Source of the DNA: Lytechinus pictus
Taxonomy: Eukaryota
Length of the DNA stretch: 60,000 nucleotides
Assembly (NCBI RefSeq): GCF_037042905.1
Contig: NC_087252.1
Span: forward strand, 24,802,001-24,862,000
Reading direction: 5' to 3'
The notes under the pieces are model-generated. The model was given only the letters and a program-made list of their open reading frames with translations. It was not told the origin of the DNA and made no database searches. Below, one piece after another: positions 24,811 through 45,685 of this stretch (position 1 is its first letter; each line of letters begins with the position of its first letter). A program made the translations under genes and the position numbers.

Positions 24811-25241
24811 GGAATAACTCGTTACTAGGCCCCGAGGGAATAAACATCCATAAATTTGACTACATTAGTAAACCGGTCTATTGGAAAATAGAAAGAGTAT
24901 AAAGCAAAGCAGGGAAATGGGAGAACAATTAATGAGAGGGAGAGAGGGAGGGGTAAGAGGAGAGGGAGAGAAAGGGAGTTAGGTGACGAAGAGAGAGAAA
25001 GGAGAAGGATCGAGGAAAATGAATCGGTCTGAGAAAACAAATGGAGGGAAAAGTTCGAAAAAGAAATTAAAAGAAGAAAAATAAAGAAAAGGAATCAAGA
25101 GACGAAAGTAGGCCTACAGAATGACAAACAGAGAAAAGGAGAAAAAAACGAGTGAAAGTGAGAAAGGATCAAAGGGAGAAATATTGAAATAAAAACTGAA
25201 AGTGAAATAAAAAGGAAATTTGGAAAAAAGGGAAACGGCGG

Positions 25242-26587
25242 CAGTGGCGTAGCTAGGATTTTTTCCTGGGGGGCACTGGGGGGTCCTTGCTTTTTCAGGG
25301 GGGCAACATGTTTTTTTCTGTGTGTGTATATACTATGTCACAAGGGCAGATCCGACTTTCGCCAATGGGGGGTGGGGCCCGAAATTATCTTCACCTATAT
25401 ATTTTCCCCTATCAGTCACCTTTTAGCTTTATTTTTATAAAACAACATAAATATGAAATAATCTTATAAGCCCTATATAAAAATTGCGAGCGCGAAGCGC
25501 GAGCGATTTTTTTAATTTTTATATTTCATGCATTTTGTCCTGAAAATTGAACATTCTTGGCACTGTTTGTGATCCTGAACAAGATGCGTATGTAACTTAT
25601 AAAGCTATAATTACTGCAAACGCGAAGCGCGAGCAGAAATTTTTAATAAATGTTCTAGCATGATCGTTAACGGACCTGTTAAGGCCTGTCTACAGCTACC
25701 CACGAATACGGTACATATTTCAATAATGGGAGCGCGAAGCGCGGGCTAAAACTTTTTGACATTTCGACCTAAAAAATGGACATTCTCAGCACTTTTTGTA
25801 ATCATAAATGAGATAGGTATGTATAACTAAACAATTGATGCGAGCGCGAAGCGTGAGCGGAAGAAAATTGAGATTTTAGACCTAAAAGCGGGACACTCTA
25901 TTCATATTTTGTTAATTATGAATATTTTGAATAAAATGTAATGAAAAGGCTTGGGGTTTTTGTTTGCTTATATAGAATCGTTAGAGTACTCACCAATCAA
26001 ATGCGATAGCAGCGCTAACCTATAGGCCTACGTTTTGACAGTCACATCTGAAAATGGATATTTTGATAACTTTATGGAATTCATGAAGACAATAGGAACA
26101 ATAGGAATGCGACCACGCAGCGTGAGCTTATAAAATGTTGATATGGAGACCATATTAACGGACATTTTACAGAGTGCATTAACTTTATAAATGGAAAAAA
26201 ATAATGAAAGCTTGATGTCCGAGATGAAATATGTTTTGTATATTGACTTCAAAACTTGATATTTTAAGCTCCGTATCAGCCCATTGAGCAAGATATGAAT
26301 CTCATCGCACAGGCAATTCGAGCGCGAAGCGCGAGCGAAAATTTTATTTAGTAACATGAAAGATTTTTTTTTGCAAGTCTTCCAATAACATTATTTTATT
26401 AATTCGTCTTCCTCCTCTTATTTCCTTCTTTTTTTCCTTCTGTCTTTCACCTTTTTTTTTTCTTGTCTTTTCTTCTTTTTCTTTTTTTTGCTGCGCCAAT
26501 TTTTTCCAGGGGGGGCACACCAAATCTCAGGGGGGGGGGGGGGGCACGTGCCCCTCCAGGCCCCCCCCCCCCGTAGCTACGCCACTG
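25242..26587. mobile_element. hAT-type non-autonomous element
   Basis: AACGGCGG|CAGTGGCGTAGCTA ... TAGCTACGCCACTG|AACGGCGG with a perfect 8-bp TSD; internal dispersed GCGAGCGCGAAGCGCGAGC motifs. Confidence 0.9.
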
Positions 26588-28146
26588 AACGGCGGGAAGA
26601 AATATCAGATAATTTTTGTTTCAACAATATATTGTGACACCCATTTTCAGTTTTTCATGTACGTCGGAATATCAAATAAATTTTAAGCTCGCCATTTGCG
26701 TTCCCATCAAAATGTTTAGTTGTAAACCTACCCTGCATGTGATCATGGAGTCAAACTGTAGGCCCAATTGGAATGAATTTTTTTTTTCAGGACGGCATAC
26801 CATCATGATTTTCAGCTCGCGCTTCGCGCACTTTAGCTGTTTAGGTTGATACCCATGACCCAGTTCATATACGAAAATTGCTTAGAATTTCCAGTTTTTA
26901 CGTCGAAATATGCTAGTAAAGATTTTTTAGCTCGCCCTTCGCGCTCGCATAAATAGAGTACCGATGTGTGACGTCATCAATTTTATTTCTTTTTTTTACT
27001 ACTTTGATACCATATTTCGGTTGAGCTGACCTGAGCATGGTGAGATACATCGATCTGCAACCCAAATTTGGTGGGAATCGGTCCTTGGGGGCCTTATATA
27101 TTCCCTCACGCATAGGCGGATCCAGGGGGCCGAGGGGCCACCCCCCCTCCCCCCCCCCCCCATTGGCGGAGCAAAAAAAGAAAAACGGGGGAAAGAAAAA
27201 AAAAAGGATTGAAAAGAGAGGAGAAAAAAGAGGAAGAAGAATTGAAAGTGAATAAAATAAGATGAGGGGAAGACTTGGAAAATTAAAACAATCTTTCATG
27301 TAACTTTATAAACCACAAATGCTTCTCCCACTCTTTGTATCTTTTGTCCTCTATACCTTCTTCTTCTCCTTCTCTCTCCCTCTCTCTTTCACCCACACAC
27401 TAACCCACTGACGTACGCCCGGCCACACCACACGCTGCCATACACACTGATGATCACATCTTTTATCAAGCTCTCGCTCTTCATGCTCTCTCATACACAT
27501 GCCCGCGCACCCTCTTACACACACACACACACCCGCCCATATACGTCAAACGATAGTACCCCTATGGCCCTAACTGTCTATCTCCCATATCCTCCAGGAA
27601 CTATTCTCCTTGAATTGTTTTTCCACACACTCAATACACGTGCATAAAATTACACCAATATTCCATTTACATTTAGGACACAATTTAAGAACTTCATACG
27701 CTTATACAATTTGTTTTGATAGCTCATTTAATATGGATTTTGTTTTATTTTGTTCATATTTTTACAATTCTAACAAAATTCGAGTAACACACGCTATTAC
27801 TTTGAAACCATTTGAGCATTTATGCCTAATATGAATCGAATCCTACACCCGTGACACCCCCCTCATTGTTTCAGCCTATCAACTATTGCTATGCATGTTC
27901 ACTATAAAATCCAATTAGCGCCTATACTTTTGTATCCAATTGGCCCATATTCCGAACTGCAGGCTAATGGTCAAGTCAATTCCAGCAAAGATTGAATTGA
28001 ATCAAAGAAAACAATCAAACGCATAACGCTTAAAAAATCATTAAATTCGATGTAAGATAAGAAATTAATATAACATATCAAAATTTCACTTATTCGTCAC
28101 AAAATAGTTATAACCACAACTTAGTGACATGCAAATAAGGGAGCAG

Positions 28147-28318
28147 GTGGGTGTTTCATGAAAGTTGTCAGCACTGACTAAATTGTCAATGCTGACAAGT
28201 TTAGTGAAATCCTTGGTTTCGATTAATTGGCTGAGAGGCACTGGCCTCTGACTGTTACCATAGTAACTGTCGGAGAATGGCAACTTGTCAGTACTGACAA
28301 CTTTCATGAAACGGTCCC
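28147..28318. mobile_element. Harbinger-like MITE nested in a decayed Kolobok family B copy (~27970-28480)
   Basis: CAG TSD; GTTTCATGAAAGTTGTCAG / CTGACAACTTTCATGAAAC. The flanks join to give the family B sequence CATGCAAAT...GATGATGTCACTCACTC. Confidence 0.8.
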
Positions 28319-28769
28319 CAGATGATGTCACTCACTCACTCACTATTTCTTCTTTTTCTAAAATTATACAAAAATTCATTTTTACAGATTTGACAATAAG
28401 GATCCTCTGGATACAACGACAGAGTGTTAAAAAATGAATACTTCACATGTTCAGGAAGGAATAAATTTTATAAAATTTAATATTGGATAGAAAGGGAACA
28501 TACATGTTTGCTGGGTATTTGTTCCCTAAATATTGGGCAAAATGCATGTTTTAAGGGTAAATTTCAACGCAACCTTGCGTAAAATTAAAAAAAAATATTT
28601 GGTATCTTCTAACCCAATAAACATGCATGTCCCCATTTTACCAAATATTGGGTAACAACCTTTTTTAGAATGTAGATAGAAATACACCTAAAAATTGAAG
28701 ATTCTATTTTAAAAATGTAGGATTTTACTTGCTAGACGAGATAGCCCATAATATTGGAAATGTATGAAT

Positions 28770-32199
<3,430 letters not shown>

Positions 32200-32460
32200 G
32201 TTTGAAGATTTATTGTTGAAGGTGACAAAAATGCTAAGAAAATAGATTAAACAGGTGTATTGCTCTGAGGACGTCCGATGCGTAGCGCTAGCAATTCCCA
32301 AATGTGACGGTTTATCACATCAGCCGTGTATTCATAATTCATGTTTTGTTTACTAATATTCAGCAGTCAGCAAATGTTGAATGTGTTACTAGCTAGCCAC
32401 AAAGGATGCATAACGTTTCTATGGTAGCTATTATGATCTGCAACAATGGTTGCTTACAGT
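32200..32460 (-). promoter_or_regulatory. Alpha-tubulin 5' UTR / proximal promoter block (also 41049-41310 and 50409-50670)
   Basis: Immediately upstream of the ATG exon and almost identical in three copies. Contains forkhead-type TGTTTAC (32347-32353) and X-box-like GTTTCTATGGTAGC (32415-32428). Confidence 0.65.
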
Positions 32461-32618
32461 CACTTACCAACAGAGAGAATCATTTCAGGCGTCGATGAAC
32501 CCTCGAGTAAGGGTGGATTCAGGATTTTCCAGAGGGTCACCCCCCCCCCGAAAATACCCATAGGGGTCATGGCCCACTTGTCACCCCACCCCCGATCTGC
32601 AACTTCTGCCGCCATTAA

Positions 32619-33224
32619 AGGGATGGTCCAGGCTGAAAATATTATATCTAAATAAATAGAGTAAAATTCACAAAAGACAATGCCGAAAATTTCATCAAAA
32701 TCGGATAACAAATAACGAAGTTATTGAATGTTAAAGTTTATCAATATTTTGTGAAAACAGTCATATGCACATCGTCATGAATATTTATAAGGTGGGCTGA
32801 TGATGTCACATCCCCACTTTCCTTTATCTTATGTTATTACATGAAATCATAATTCTTTCACTTTTTCATACATGTGTAAATGATGTGTCTCCATTATTAT
32901 GTAATGGGTTATGGCAATGAATAACTAATGCAATTAATCAGTTGTCAATCCAATTGTTTTAGTTCTTGGTAGAAATTTCTTTAATCAACCTAATTTCATA
33001 TGATAAAATACAACAGAACAAGTGGGGTTATGGCATCATCAGCCCACCTGAAAAATATTCATGAAGAAATGCCTAGAACTGTTTCACCGAAATAATGCAA
33101 ATCTTTAAAATTAAATAATTTCGTTATTTGTTACCCGATTTTGATGAAATTTTCAGCAATTTGCTCTGTGACTTTTACTCTATTTATTTACTAGATATAA
33201 ATATTTTCAGCCCGGATCATCCCT
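32619..33224. mobile_element. Kolobok-like MITE, family A
   Basis: TTAA|AGGGATGGTCC ... GGATCATCCCT|TTAA with long imperfect inverted arms. Confidence 0.85.
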
Positions 33225-33809
33225 TTAATGAAGATAGGGTTTCGGGGGACAAGGACTTAGATAAATATATAGTGCTGTGGAATAATGATTATGGTCAGGG
33301 GGCACCAGGGCACTTTGATTAGGGGCAAAGACGGCTTAGAAACGTCATCATATTTTTTCTCAATATAATTATTACTAGGTAACGATGCATATATCTCTCC
33401 TTTTTACTCAATTTCTTATTTTCCCCTCTTTCTCCTCACTTTATCACTACAGGAAAAGGCATAGAAGAATAATCACCCTCTGCCCCCTGCGTGGCCCTAA
33501 TTACCCTGATAATTGTGATGGTAATAACGTAAATCCTGTAATTGCATCATCAACGTGGTCAGTTTTTTTTTTATTTGAAAGGTATGTATGAGTAACGTAT
33601 GAGCAACGTACAAATATACTTCTTATTTCCCCCATCTTCTTCTCTTTGAAGATGCACTACCAGTTCATGTGGCGACATGGGCGTGATAATTATTATAAAT
33701 TTTCTGCTTTTGTCATTTTTATACAGGGATATCGAAGGAACAACATTTATAAGCACTTATCGAATGTTTAATTTCCACGTGACTGTGTATGATTCTGTCA
33801 TGCCATCAC

Positions 33810-34052
33810 ACATTATAAGCACATTATCCACTCCCTGTGGAGTGTTTCACTTACAGTTTCCAACTCAATAGCTCGGCATAGGAGAGTTTTTTTCGCATCT
33901 TTATCCACTGGGTAGGTCTACCCATTTATAAGCTGGGTAGGGAGTGGCAAAGATAGGATTGATGCGTTGACAGGGATGTTCGGCCACGGTGGGATTCGAA
34001 CATACGACCCTCTGATTGCAAGGTGTGAGTCGAAGCCGCTGTACCAAGACGA
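33810..34052 (-). mobile_element. Old tRNA-derived SINE duplicated with the tubulin unit (also ~43250-43477 and ~52010-52240)
   Basis: Minus-strand B-box GTTCGAATCCC (33991-34001), a tRNA-like head and an ACCCAGCTTATAAATGGGTA core. Same position in all three spacers. Confidence 0.7.
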
Positions 34053-35743
34053 TTCTCCCTTTTATCTTTGATTTGCATCTATTTCACAATATGCGATAGT
34101 TATGTCCTTAAAATGAAATCGTAGCATTTTAAGCAGTACTACCTAAACAAATTAATTTTCCGCTGTTATTGACGTGACCCTGGATTTTAAACTTTCTTCA
34201 ATGGTTTATTCCTGCTGTTTGTGACCTTTCTGAGGTAGCTCACTTTTTGGTAAACTTCATTTTGCGTGCTGAAAATAATAATAAAAAAGACATTAAATAG
34301 TCATCATCCCAACCTTCCCTTCTGTTACACAATAATATTAAAGTATGAACCATACGATGCTACCATGGCTGCAGTCACATTGATAAAACAGGACCCAGAC
34401 CGACAAAAGCTATAACGTTATTGCCATTTACTTATCATCGGTCGGTCTGTCCGTGTATCAACGGTGTGACTGTAACATATCCCTTGCTTGTTATAAACCA
34501 ACCCATCAATTCTCACGCGTCGTTGATTCCTTTCATGAAGCAAAAAGATTAATATCTATAGAGAGAAGGTTTATGAGTTTCAACTTATTGCCTGGGTCAT
34601 GCAGTTTGTATGCAGTTGCATGGTTACTTTTGAAGCTCCTTGGTTACGAGTAGAGTTGTTTATTCTCTCACACGAGGTCCCAGTGGCGCTTTGAGCCAGA
34701 AAAACGGAGGGGACTAGACATGGCATATTTTTTTTTACCTTTTAAATATAAAGATCTAATTTCATAAAAGATTTTGACATAATATTCAGAAAATAATATG
34801 TTTAATTCCTTTTGCTTTCCTATTTCTTTATCTCTCTCTTATTTTTCTTAGTCTTGAAAATATGTACGCCAGTGCGAGATCCTGTAACAAAGATTCAGTT
34901 TGATCAGTGTTCATTATTATATGTCTAATACTATATGATCTCTGGTGGGGTTGGGGGCTGTCAATACAAGCCAGACCCGAAACAAATAATTATCCTTCGA
35001 TTTCAGAATACCCCCAAATACTTGTATTTTGCCATGTTCTCTCTTACCTGAGTAATGTCCAAATGTTTGAATTTCATGAGAGGGATGAGAGGTAGGCCCT
35101 TCTATCCTGATTTTTTTTTTACATTTTGAAAGTTGGAACCCTTTTCACTGTACTCGTGGACATCGCCTGGTCATGAATATTGACAATTAGATATCAGGAC
35201 TACCGTCAATGTTACATGCTTTTGATCGAGAGGAGTTATTCTAATTTCACAATTTGTTCATGCTTCCAAAACAGGCTTTCGTTGTTTAAGTTTTAACCAC
35301 ATAATAGCATACATGTATATAAGTGTTTCCTTATTATTTTTTAAGTATGTCCTCTTCTTCGTTGAAAGGTTGATTGCACCATTTAATTAAATCTACATTT
35401 TAAAAAGTATACTCCACAACATTGGCGTACAAAAATTATATTGCAAGTATCAAGCGAGCAAAAAGCTTAATTTTTTTTTAAATGAAAGTCTAATTTTGTA
35501 GCGTATTTTGTCATTTTGTTTCATGTTTAATTTTTTACCTTATATCCCCCCTTTTTTCTCGGTTTTCTTTTTTTTTTCCTTTGGGGGGGGGGGGGGGTAC
35601 ACAAGCGCCGCAGTCTATAAGCCAGTTCCCTTCATAAATCTAGTATCCCATGATATGTTCTCTTTTTTATATTCGTTTACTGATCATGAATTGGACAGTG
35701 TGGACAATTATTATTTACAAAAAGTCACCCTGGCTTTTTCCCA

Positions 35744-35876
35744 CACTGTAAAACGTGATGTGCTAATTTAGCACTTACAGTGCTTGTATAATGACTGCAC
35801 TACTAGTGCGCACTACTAGTGCTGATATTCTAGTTTAAATTTGAACTAGGAAATCAGCACTTCATTTTTTACAGTG
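35744..35876. mobile_element. CACTA/EnSpm-like mini element, present only in spacer 1
   Basis: CA|CACTGTAAAA ... TTTTACAGTG|CA with a 2-bp TSD. The empty site TCCCATTTTC is seen at ~45232 and ~53986. Confidence 0.8.
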
Positions 35877-37076
35877 CATTTTCTTCCGTTTGAATCAGTT
35901 CCTTTGTACGTAACTCACATCTATTAAATTCATTGTTACATAACTAGTTCCATTTTCCGCCAAAAATTAGATCCAACACACACTCACACATAAGCATTAT
36001 CCAACTGACATATGTGACAGTCATTAACACACACACACACACACACCCTACCCACCCACGCCAGCCACAAAAGCAAACACGCTCTCTCGCACACTGTCTC
36101 TTCGCCCTACACACGTCCCACCCTTACACACCTTAACATCAATCTGCATCCACAACAACACACACCCCCAAACTATATAACTTCCTCTCCCACATCTTCC
36201 CACCCACTTTCTCATCCTATCAAACCATGAAATCTTCACACTCTTTCGAATTATGCTGGAATTTCATTGTTTAACTTAAGTTAAAATCAGTCAATCTCCC
36301 CCGTCTCTTAATAATTAACCACCGACGTACACCCCACACCACACACACTGTCATACACACACATCTTCACTTCTATTTTCACGCTCTCTCTGTCCTCTTT
36401 CATTCCCGAGCACACGGATAAAATTACACATTATTTAGCATTCATTTCAGACACACATATCGAGGCTCCCCCCACCTCTGTCTCTATCTCACTCGCTCTC
36501 TCTCCCTCTCTGCACATGTATATTTATCTTTTTATCTCCATCCCACTCTTTACATTAAAAAGGTAATTGAACTTGCAAATCATGTGATCAGGTTGAAATA
36601 AAATTATTTTATTGCATTTGATACCTGGAAAATTCATATAAATTCTTTTATTCAGCCCTTCTGGATCTTATTCAACTTAACCCTTCTCATATTTTTTAAA
36701 CTTACTTACGCAATATACTTTACTGACTTTTTTTCTTTTTTGAGGGGGGGGGGGATAAATTTGGGCTCACATTTAATTGTTTGTAAAGCGATAGGGAAGG
36801 CCACTGCTTTACTGAATCACTGACATAAGAAATATTGATTTTGATTATTGAGTTTGCAAACAATTCTGTAACAAAGTATCTGTAATGTAATTAAATTTCA
36901 TCATAAACACGAAAAATTACCAAGTCGGAGTACTTTTCTTTGTAACGAGGTCTGTAAACAAACGTGAGCCGCAAATTGGAGTTGTACTAAATGAAGAAAC
37001 AGGTTTTAACGATGTTGTGTTAAAAAAAACAAAAATATTAATCAAACTAAGAATAGATGATGAGATCTCTAGCTAT

Positions 37077-41048
<3,972 letters not shown>

Positions 41049-41460
41049 GTTTGAAGATTTATTGTTGAAGGTGACAAAAATGCTAAGAAAATAGATCAAA
41101 CAGGTTTATTGCTCTGAGGACGTCCGATGAGTAGCGCTAGCAATTCCCAAATGTGACGGTTTATCACATCAGCCGTGTATTCATAATTCATGTTTTGTTT
41201 ACTAATATTCAGCAGTCAGCGAATGATGAATGTGTTACTAGCTAGCCACAAAGGATGCATAACGTTTCTATGGTAGCTATTATGATCTGCAACAATGGTT
41301 GCTTAATGTAACTTACCAACAGAGAGAATCATTTCAGGCGTCGATGAACCCTCGAGTAAGGGTGGATTCAGGATTTACCAGAGGGTCACCCCCGAAAATA
41401 CCTAGGGGTCATGGCCAACTTGACACCCCACCCCTGATCTGCAGCTTCTGCCGTCTATAA

Positions 41461-42069
41461 AGGGATGGTCCATGCTGAAAATATTTATATCTAAATAAAT
41501 AGAGTAAAATTCACAAAAGACAATGCCGAAAATTTCATCTAAATCGGATAACAAATAACGAAGTTATTGAATTTTAAAATTTATCAATATTTTGTGAAAA
41601 CAGCTCATATTATATGCACATCGTCATGAATATTTATAAGGTGGGCTGATGATGTCACATCCCCACTTTCCTTTATCTTATGTTATTACATGAAATCATA
41701 ATTCTTTCACTTTTGCATACATGTGTAAATGATGTGTCTCCATTATTATAAAATAAGTTATGGCAATGAATAACTAATGCAATTAATCAGTTGTCAATCC
41801 CATTGTTTTAGTTCTTGGTAGATTTTTTTAAAATCAACCTAATTTTATATAATAAAATACAACAGAACAAGTGGGGTTATGGCATCATCAGCCCACCTGA
41901 TGAATATTCATGAATAAATGCCTAGAATTGTTTCACCGGAATAATGCAAATCTTAAAAATTCAATAACTTCGTTATTTGTTATCCGATTTTGATGAAATT
42001 TTCAGCAATTTGCTTTGTAAATTTAATCTATTTATTTAGATATAAATATTTTCAGCCCGGACCATCCCT
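41461..42069. mobile_element. Kolobok-like MITE, family A (orthologous to 32619-33224)
   Basis: AGGGATGGTCC ... GGACCATCCCT|TTAA with the same flanks as in spacer 1. Confidence 0.85.
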
Positions 42070-42414
42070 TTAATGAAAATAGGGTTTCGGGGGACAAGGA
42101 CTTAGAGAAATATATAGTGCTGTGGAATAATGATTATGGTCAGGGGGCACCAGGGCACTTTGATTAGGGGCAAAGACGGCTTAGAAACGTCATCATATTT
42201 TTTCTCAATATAATTATTACTAGGTAACGATGCATATATCTCTCCTTTTTACTCAATTTCTTATTTTTCCCCTCTTTCTCCTCACTTTATCACTACAGGA
42301 AAAGGCATAGAAGAATAATCACCCCTGTCCCTGCGTGACACTTACTCTGATAATAGTAATGGTAATCATCCTAAATCCAGTAATTGTATCATCAACGTGG
42401 TAAGTTTTTTTTAA

Positions 42415-43015
42415 AGGACAAGCCCACCCCAACAAAAACTTGATTTGAATAAAAAGAGAAAAATCCAACAAGCATAACACTGAAAATTTAATCCAAATCG
42501 GATGTAAAATAAATAAAAAAGTATTATGACATTTTGAAGTTTCACTTAATTTCACAAAACAGTCATATTCACATCCTGGTCGGTAAGCAAATGAGGTGAC
42601 CGATGACATCACTCACTCACTATTTCTTTTGTATTTGATTATATGAAATATTCACATTTTCTCCCCGTTTACCTGTGAAACAAAGTTTTGTTCCTCCCTC
42701 AACATGTGGTATTGCCATTGTTTAACATGTTATAATTTAGTCAAGTTGGTCCTTATTTTCAAATTTGTAAAATGGAAATATTGTATAATAATTCAAACAA
42801 TGAAAATTAAAAGAAATAGTGAGTGACATCACCGACTCTCTCATTTGCATGTCACTGGAGTTGTGCATATAACCATTTTGTGAAAAATAAGCGAAACTTT
42901 AAATTGTCATAACTTTCTTATTTTACATCCAATTTTGATAAATTTTTCTGCATTATGCTTGTTTGATTTTTCTCTATTCATTTAAATCAACATTTTTCTG
43001 GGGTGGTCTTGACCT
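42415..43015. mobile_element. Kolobok-like MITE, family B, specific to spacer 2
   Basis: TTAA|AGGACAAGCCCACCCC ... GGGGTGGTCTTGACCT|TTAA; absent at the homologous sites ~33570 and ~51765. Confidence 0.88.
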
Positions 43016-45494
43016 TTAATTGAATGGTATGTATGAGCAACGTACAATTATACTTCTTACTTCCCCACCTTCTCCTCTTTGAAGATGCACTTCCAATTCA
43101 CGTGGCGACATGGGCGTGATAATTAATATAAATATTCTGCTTTTGTCATTTTTATACAGGGATATCGACGGAACAACATTTATAAGCACTTATCGAATGA
43201 TTAATTTCCACGTGACTGTGTATGATTCTGTCATGCCATCACACATTATAAGCACATTATCCACTCCCTGTGGAGTGTTTCACTTACAGTTTCCAACTCA
43301 ATAGCTCGGCATAGGAGAGTTTTTTCGCATCTTTATCCACTGGGTAGGTCTACCCATTTATAAGCTGGGTAGGGAGTGGCAAAGTTGATACCTTGACAGG
43401 GATGCTCGGCCACCGTGGGATTCGAACATACGACCCTATGATTGCAAGGTGAGAGTGGAAACCGCTGTACCAAGACGATTCTCACTTTTTATCTTTATTT
43501 TGCATCTATTTCACAATATGCAATAGTTATGTCCATAGGGTTAGGGCTATGAAATCATAGAATTTTAAGCAGTATTCTACCTAAACAAATTAAATTTCCG
43601 CTGTTATTGACGTGACTCTGGAATTTAAACTTTTTCCAATGGTTTAATCCTGCTGTGTATGATCTTTCCGAGGTAACTCACTTTTTTGTCAACTTCATTT
43701 TGCGTGCTGAAAATAATAATTAAAAAAAACATTAAATAGTCATCATCCCAACCATTACTCCTATCACACAATAATATTACAGTATGAATCATACGATGCT
43801 ACCATGGCCGCATTCACATTGATAAAACAGGACCCAGACCGACAAAAGCTATAACGTTATTGCTATTGACTTATCATCGGTCGGTCTGTCCGTGTATCAA
43901 TGGTGTGACTGTAACACATCCCTTGCTTGTTATAAACCAACCCATCAATTCTCACGCGTCGTTGACTCCTTTCATGAGCCAAAAAGATTAATATATATAG
44001 AGAGAAGGTTCATGAATTTCAACTTATTGCCTGGGTCATGCAGTTTGTATGCAGTTGCATGGTTACTTTTGAAGCTCCTTGGTTACGTGATAGTTGTTTC
44101 ATTCTCTCACACGAGGTCCCACATGCAGTGGCGTGTTAAGCCAGAAAAACGGAGGGGACTAGACATGGCATATCTGGCAACATTTCTAACAAGCTGTTGC
44201 GAACGAAGCGCGCGATCATTTTTTTTTTTACCTTTTAAATATAAAGATCTAATTTCGTAAAAGATTTTGACATAATATTCAGAAAATAATATGTTTAATT
44301 CCTTTTGCTTTCCTATTTCTTTATCTCTCTCTTATTTTTCTTAGTCTTGAAAATATGTACGCCAGTGCGAGATCATGTAACAAAGTTTCAGTTTGATCAG
44401 TGTTCATTATTATATGTCTAATACTATATGATCTCTGGTGGGGTTGGGGGCTGTCAATACAAGCCAGACCCGAAACAAATAATCATCCTTCGATTTAATA
44501 CCCCCACCAAATACTTGTATTTTGCCATGTTCTCTCTTACCTGAGTAATGTCCAAATATTTGAATTTCATGAGAGGGATGAGAGGTAGGCCCTTCTATCC
44601 TGAATTTTTTTTTACATTTTGAAAGTTGAAACCCTTTTCACTGTACTCGTGGACATCGCCTGGTCATGAATATTGACAATTAGATATCAAGACTACTGTC
44701 AATGTTACATGCTTTTGATCGAGAGGAGTTATTCTAATTTCACAATTTGTTCATGCTTCCAAAACAGGCTTTCGTTGTTTAAGTTTTAACCCCATAATAG
44801 CATGCATGTATATAAGTGTTTCCTTAGTATTTTCTAAGTATTTCCTCTTCTTCGTTGAAAGTTTGATTGCACCATTTAATTAAATCTACATTTTTAAAAT
44901 TATACTCCACAACATTGGCCTACAAAAATTATATTGCAAGTTTCAAGCGAGCAAAGAGTTTAACCTTTTTTTTAATGAAAGTCTAATTTTGTAGCGTATT
45001 TTGTCATTTTGTTTTATGTTTACTCTTTTACCTTTTATCCCCCCTTTTTTCTCGGTTGTCGATTTTTTTTTTTTTTTTTGGGGGGGGAGATACACAAGCG
45101 CCGAAATCAATAAGCCAGTGCCCTTCATAAATTTAGTATCCCATGATATGTTCTCTTTTTTAAATTCGTTTACTGATCATGAATTGGACAGTGTGGAAAA
45201 TTATTATTAAAAAAGAGCCATCCCGGCTTTGTCCCATTTTCTTCCGTTTGAATTAGTTCCTTTGTTCGTAACTCAGATCTAGACTATTAAATTCATTGTT
45301 ACATAAATAGTTCCATTTTCCGCCAAAAATTAAATCCCACACACACTCACAAGCATCGTCCAACTGACACATTTTGCAGTCATTAACATACACCCACCCC
45401 ATCCACAAAAGCAAACACGCTCTCTCACACACTGTCTCTTCGCCCTACACACGTCCCACAACACATATCGTCCCACCCCCACACACCTTAACAT

Positions 45495-45685
45495 TGTTTT
45501 TTTTTTTAAATAAGTGCACATCTAGTTTCCAATAATGCATATAGCATTTCCATTTATTTGAAAGCAGGATAAAAGAGCATTGTAGATTAAATGCCTTGCT
45601 CACGGGCATAGGTGCCGCGGCCGGGGATCGAACCCCGGACTTTCCATGTATAGCCAGGCGCCTTAGACCACTCGGCCACGGCACC
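45495..45685 (-). mobile_element. Young tRNA-derived SINE, specific to spacer 2
   Basis: A-box TGGCCGAGTGG, B-box GGTTCGATCCC, poly(A) tail; TSD CACCTTAACAT / CACCTAAACAT. The empty site ACCTTAACATCAATC is seen at ~36130 and ~54235. Confidence 0.88.

Noticed and set aside
33677..34653. Short ORFs 'conserved' across spacers (MGVIII..., MYQRCD...)
   Set aside because: The similarity reflects recent segmental duplication; frames and stops differ between units and one ORF overlaps a SINE.
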